A stretch of 62,246 nt of DNA from the NCBI GenBank assembly GCA_041744215.1, contig JBGTLG010000020.1:1-62246 (forward strand), given 5' to 3'. Positions 59,101 to 62,246 of the stretch are shown one piece after another. The notes under the pieces are model-generated. The model did not search any database. It saw nothing but the letters and a program-made list of their open reading frames with translations, and was not told the DNA's origin. Each line of letters begins with the position of its first letter. Position 1 is the stretch's first letter. This DNA is from Fimbriimonadales bacterium (GTDB taxonomy: Bacteria; Armatimonadota; Fimbriimonadia; Fimbriimonadales; ATM1). Both the position numbers and the translations under genes were made by a program.

Positions 59101-59225
59101 ATGATGATTTCGCCCTTGACGTACGGAAAATCTGTGTCGGCCGAAAATGCCGAAATCATCGCAGCGACCGAGGCGACCGCAACGACGAGTAGCTTCTTGA
59201 GTCCTATTGCTCTCATTCCACCCAT
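56172..59225 (-). CDS. Subtilisin-like S8 serine protease with C-terminal FlgD-Ig domain
   Basis: Prodomain YVKGEIII; VVDIDD, HGTMTASVI, AASGN, GTSYACP; IWNGRN..G..VAPGVYMVEI. Confidence 0.9.
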   Translation of the reverse strand: MGGMRAIGLKKLLVVAVASVAAMISAFSADTDFPYVKGEIIIQMSQATTAQQAGLLAATHGLQLQRPLRTPGLFLLRLPDPSIPTERALTQEKIDQLRQNSLVHMAMPNYLAEKFQTPNDPMFGPETNRQWNLFQIGLPGPSGAWAISLGMTDVNVVDIDDMYFTGHQDFLDAAMNPRLLPGWNPIDLTTNVDPNFPPTGTDFTHGTMTASVIVAGTNNGLDMAGVTWEGVRLFPIAVYVLSFANLYDSYQKIIDNNNLPGAIPYYALNMSYGAFNPDGPSPGFFNQMVAQGTIPVAASGNSRPSPAGFPASFPMVVSVGATRYASGTKGVPTSYSSPGSSDGTRKVDLAAPSADNTAGVVSLAYTASGTGTTGGGGTSYACPTVVGAIALLASAGLPRGDIIQALKDTGVVGPGATKPNLDTGYGEIDVAAAMTMINPRIDPIIPDVDNTEISYQTVNFKFRMFLVRASGPAPTVTIRKQDLSYSHVLDPSNYTVTVDAGDPRIVFVEGKARLSEAGSFDEGDWEIVVEGTEQPPGSATITGSRKVRVVYTIVPAGQNMVSVGVSIGGTGSPPGGRKPDSVFPGAQIFRWVPTGTGEYAAYNPALPNTQPAGFTPLDAEIIRATQSGGTVVETPQNGPFGIGLWANNPAPAAMNFEEGPEDGVLWYRIRLRPGWNQIGNPYPFAVDWGNCLIATIPGLDLLPVVVAANQGIVMPQIFRYELGLGGLKSYTWRSAPAGQLVAWESHWVFAIKDCWLHVPPTPGVVRGRSLENPVRGEGWATQMRVTSGVHTDSQNFFGMTRNVAESFDRILKPPTTPEGVSAWFVDPVTSTRYAQDLREAKPGREEWRMVIRPHEPNSEVTINWSEVVTPASRLRLTLRDMATGRLITMQPNGSYTFRADESLTLREFTIISQPDTVGRLVVSGVRIGGGSRSGGSFSIQYNLSSDADVAIRILGTDGRPVADLENRSRSAGPNSVIWNGRNMEGTSVAPGVYMVEITAETAGGERARTTTPITVTR

Positions 59226-59255
59226 GCCTCCATTTACAATCTCAATCAGCGGCCA

Positions 59256-59283
59256 GGTCTGGGCTCGCTAACGAGTCCAGACC
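59256..59283 (-). promoter_or_regulatory. Intercistronic hairpin (attenuator or mRNA stabiliser)
   Basis: GGTCTGGGCTCG-ctaa-CGAGTCCAGACC, 12-bp stem with one mismatch on the minus strand; no U-tract. Confidence 0.45.
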
Positions 59284-59296
59284 AAACACCGCCTAG

Positions 59297-61081
59297 TTAT
59301 TTGCCACCTTTGTGCATCAGCGGGGGTGGCGGCGGAAGGATGACCCGATCGAACTGGAACGGCTGAGACCAGACGTACCGCTCGTTTAGGGCGTCCTTCA
59401 CAGGACCTGGGTTGTCGGCCACGTTCTTTGCGCCGACACGCCAGTACAGCCGTTGAACACCAGGGAACACGTTCGTGATGTTGACTGGATCGGTGCTGAC
59501 AGTTCCAGGAAGTCCGCTGGCGACCCGTGCAACAAGCCGCATCGCATTCGCACTCGCGAATGCCGGTGAGGTGCCAATTTCAACCGCGTACTCGTTTGCG
59601 CCAGGTGTTGCTGTCCAGGAGAACTGAGCAGTATTCCCAACGTCCGTGGAGCCGTTGGCCGGAACCAATAGGGTCACAGGCGTAAGCACGGTGCACTGCC
59701 CAGGCGGGTTAGCCCGAGTCGTCTCATAGAAGCAGTCAACGACGGTTCCGCCATCGCAACCGCCGGGGCTGTTCAGACAGCTGACCCGATAGACCAACGA
59801 GAGCTGATACATATACGACGTGCCAGGAATCGTGCCGCCGGCAACATCCTCGCTTGTCCCAGGATCCTCTTCGCAAGGCCCGCCCACGAGGCCACCGAAG
59901 TCTCGCCAAATGACAGTGCGGGCAGCCGGGATATCGAAGAATCGGTACACGTTGCCCTGGGTCGAAGCAACCGGAGTCAACGGTACGTCGTGCCGCCACA
60001 GGTGCCAGTTGACACGGTTGGTCTGCCCGCCCGTGAATACGTTCGGTTTCCACGAGACGACCGCCGCCGGGGTCACGTTATCAGGGGCCGTCCCCGCTTC
60101 CGCGACGAACTGACCCGCCGTGCCGCTTCCGCCTTCCTTAATCACCAAGGTCGCGAGGACCCCGATGACCAGCAAGCCAACAAGCGCTGCACCGGTGTTC
60201 ATACGGCTCGGCGTTCTGACGCGGGAGCCTGTGTCAGTGAGCTTGATGTCCGGAAGCTTGTCGAAAATGACTCGCCCGCGGTCGCCAGGAGCAATGCCCT
60301 TGTACTGCGTGATAACGGACGCGTCGGACGAATCCGCATCGGTCGCCTTGATTTCGATGATGCCGACCTGCTCTCGCCCGCGAGTCACGACCATGCGCTG
60401 ACCCGGCTTGATGCCGTTGCGGCTGCCCTTGTTGAGCTTCACCCGGTAGGTGCCACCAAATCCAGGTGTACCAATAACGGTCGCGGCTTCCAGTTGCTGG
60501 CCCATCACGATGCGCACAGCCTCTTGGCTCGCGTAGTTGACGGCTTCTTCCAGCAGGACGTCGTCGCTGACATCGCCCGATCTTTCGGATGATTGCCCCA
60601 CGACGGCCGCGCCCATGATGGCAAGGCCAGAAGCAACGTCGATGCCTCGAACGATCAGCACGACGTCGGCTGACTTGCCGTTGCCGCCGTGCCGAATTCG
60701 CGCCTGCTGAACCTCACCCGAAAAAACGACATCGACCTGAAGCCATTGGCCAAGTCGGATTACATCGAGGTTGCGGGTCAAGGGTGCTGTAAGACTTAGT
60801 TCGCGATATCCGCGATCCACCGACTCGCGCGGCACGACGCTCGCCTGGTTTGTTCCAGCCAGGTTGGTCGCAAACGCGTCCGTCGCGGCGCCGGCCAGAG
60901 CCGAGCCGCCCAGTGCGGTCTTGTTGACAAAATCAGTGACTGCCCACTGGGGAAGCGTGCCAGTCAATTGCGCCTCCGCTCGGGGAGCAAGAAGCATGAG
61001 TGCCATGGTATTGAAAACGAGCGCGAGAACGAGCGTTCTGCTGACCAATTTGGCTAGACGGGAGTGTTTGAGCCTCCTCAC
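59297..61081 (-). CDS. Secreted multidomain protein (CsgG/FlgT-like N-terminus, hydrophobic segment, Fn3-like C-terminus)
   Basis: AAGGAGG RBS; signal peptide; WAVTDFVN...LGQWLQVD.V.SG.V; LNKGSRNGIKPGQ; FSWTATPGANEYAVEI. Confidence 0.65.
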   Translation of the reverse strand: MRRLKHSRLAKLVSRTLVLALVFNTMALMLLAPRAEAQLTGTLPQWAVTDFVNKTALGGSALAGAATDAFATNLAGTNQASVVPRESVDRGYRELSLTAPLTRNLDVIRLGQWLQVDVVFSGEVQQARIRHGGNGKSADVVLIVRGIDVASGLAIMGAAVVGQSSERSGDVSDDVLLEEAVNYASQEAVRIVMGQQLEAATVIGTPGFGGTYRVKLNKGSRNGIKPGQRMVVTRGREQVGIIEIKATDADSSDASVITQYKGIAPGDRGRVIFDKLPDIKLTDTGSRVRTPSRMNTGAALVGLLVIGVLATLVIKEGGSGTAGQFVAEAGTAPDNVTPAAVVSWKPNVFTGGQTNRVNWHLWRHDVPLTPVASTQGNVYRFFDIPAARTVIWRDFGGLVGGPCEEDPGTSEDVAGGTIPGTSYMYQLSLVYRVSCLNSPGGCDGGTVVDCFYETTRANPPGQCTVLTPVTLLVPANGSTDVGNTAQFSWTATPGANEYAVEIGTSPAFASANAMRLVARVASGLPGTVSTDPVNITNVFPGVQRLYWRVGAKNVADNPGPVKDALNERYVWSQPFQFDRVILPPPPPLMHKGGK

Positions 61082-61411
61082 AATGACGAGTCCTCCTTGT
61101 GGCGATTAGAGTTGATGCCCTCTCCTGGAACCGGGGTCGGCGCCTCTACGACGAAACTGCCCAATGTCAATCGCTCCGCAGCGCCACTGCGTTGAGCGCT
61201 TTCCATCAGGTGGAGACTACGCGGAGAACAGCGGGGCGACCGCAATTGCGGCGCCGAATTGCGCACTCCTGACCGGGTCAGGTCCGATTTCCGTTCGACA
61301 AGCATTGTTTGTGACTTGCCTGACCGCTGTTAGCCGTAGCCTCCTTGCCACCGTAGCGGAAAGAAGTCGAGGCGAGTATAGCACAGCAATCCTCACGTGT
61401 AGGCGCCCCTA

Positions 61412-61984
61412 TCAAGAGATCGCCCCAGCGAGATTTGCTGCAAGTATCTTGACTGATTCCAGCCCCGAATTGGTTCGAACAATTCGGTCGGCAAACGCCT
61501 TTTTTGCCTCCGTCGGCAGTTGGGTGCTTAGCCGGGCCTTTGCAGCTGATTCGTCTCCCCCCAGTTTCGCCGTTAACCGCCTGAGTCGTTCGGCAGGCCC
61601 GGCATCGACAACCCAGACTCTATCGAACAGGCCCTGAAGTGACGCCTCGACCAGAAGGGGAACCTCCGCGAACGCGATTCGAGCTCCAAATGACTCAAGC
61701 GTCCCGAGCATTCGCCGGGTCACCTCGGGGTGAGTCAGGGCGTTGAGCCGTCTCCTAAACTGAGCGTCTCGAAAAGCATGGTCTGCGACCATCGCACGCT
61801 TGATCTGCCCACCCTCGACAAACTCCTGACCTAAAGAAACTCGGACCCGATCTAAAAAGACCGGGTCCGAGTACATATCCGAAACGACTTCGTCTGCGCT
61901 TACCGTCGCATGGCCGAGCTCAGACAACGCAGCGAGAAGGGTTGACTTACCATCGCAGATCCCACCCGTGATCGCGATCCACAT
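61412..61984 (-). CDS. coaE: Dephospho-CoA kinase
   Basis: IAITGGICDGKST, LNALTHP, EVPLLVE, RL..Q; start set at ATG 61984. Confidence 0.92.
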   Translation of the reverse strand: MWIAITGGICDGKSTLLAALSELGHATVSADEVVSDMYSDPVFLDRVRVSLGQEFVEGGQIKRAMVADHAFRDAQFRRRLNALTHPEVTRRMLGTLESFGARIAFAEVPLLVEASLQGLFDRVWVVDAGPAERLRRLTAKLGGDESAAKARLSTQLPTEAKKAFADRIVRTNSGLESVKILAANLAGAIS

Positions 61985-61988
61985 CGAA

Positions 61989-62246
61989 CTACTGTGGAGG
62001 CTCTTCTGTAGGCGGGGCGTCGGGCATCTCTGGCGCTGGCTCTGCGGGAGTCGGTGGCTCTTCCACTTTTGGCTCCTCGATAGGTTTTGGGGCCTCGACA
62101 GTTGCCTGCTCGGCTTCGGCAGCCGCTTCCGCCTGCTCGGCAATAGCCTCAGCCGCGTCATCAACCGCTTCCTCGTCCTCCGGCGACATGAAACCGCGGA
62201 GTGCACCGAGCCGCTCGCCAATGGTCGCGCCGCGCCCGCCGCCATC
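61989..62246 (-). CDS. rpsA: 3' end (partial) of probable 30S ribosomal protein bS1
   Basis: Open to the window edge: GATIGERLG followed by an acidic Ala/Glu/Pro tail; rpsA-coaE adjacency is known from Actinobacteria. Confidence 0.5.
   Translation of the reverse strand, partial: DGGGRGATIGERLGALRGFMSPEDEEAVDDAAEAIAEQAEAAAEAEQATVEAPKPIEEPKVEEPPTPAEPAPEMPDAPPTEEPPQ

Noticed and set aside
61078-61305. 75-aa minus-strand ORF as a leader peptide
   Set aside because: No SD at the right distance and no codon bias typical of attenuator peptides; RNA structure explains the region better, though not excluded
61985-62245. N-terminal extension of CoaE in the ORF track
   Set aside because: Alternative frame of the upstream gene tail; CoaE homology starts at ATG 61984
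1-62246. CRISPR array, rRNA, prophage or known defence genes
   Set aside because: No regularly spaced direct repeats or recognisable motifs found by eye; the sirtuin is a short CobB type, not a defence Sir2

Overview
A moderately GC-rich bacterial chromosomal segment from a diderm organism. The gene content (DUF1559/H-X9-DG protein, A|FTLIE pseudopilin, FlgD-Ig-tailed secreted proteins, ZAS anti-sigma plus RseB) suggests Armatimonadota (Fimbriimonadia-like); this is inference only. From left to right: the 3' end of a probable REP-associated tyrosine transposase with GTAG palindromes; a minus-strand sprT-nnr-FHA-FHA-vWA run; an ECF sigma/anti-sigma/RseB/HtrA operon; housekeeping genes (purL, yaaA-like, cobB-like, gdhA, Nif3, S9 peptidase, mnmG, asnS); tmRNA; a type II secretion operon (gspE F G H I J K L M C D plus a coupled helical protein); an amidohydrolase/TetR pair; a c-di-AMP (ydaO-type) riboswitch ahead of a small unknown ORF and a degenerate bL25/Ctc paralog; tRNA-Val(GAC); rex-nadB; a six-gene cell-surface cluster behind a long structured leader; coaE and the probable 3' end of rpsA. 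The best leads are (1) the riboswitch-controlled small ORF plus bL25 paralog, (2) the membrane FHA/FHA/vWA module with DPN[KR]TQM repeats, (3) the surface cluster whose two large proteins share a T9SS-cargo-like C-terminal region, with its leader RNA, and (4) repeated leaderless TANNNT promoters. No CRISPR array, rRNA, integrase or prophage was seen. All family assignments come from motif recognition by eye, not database searches.
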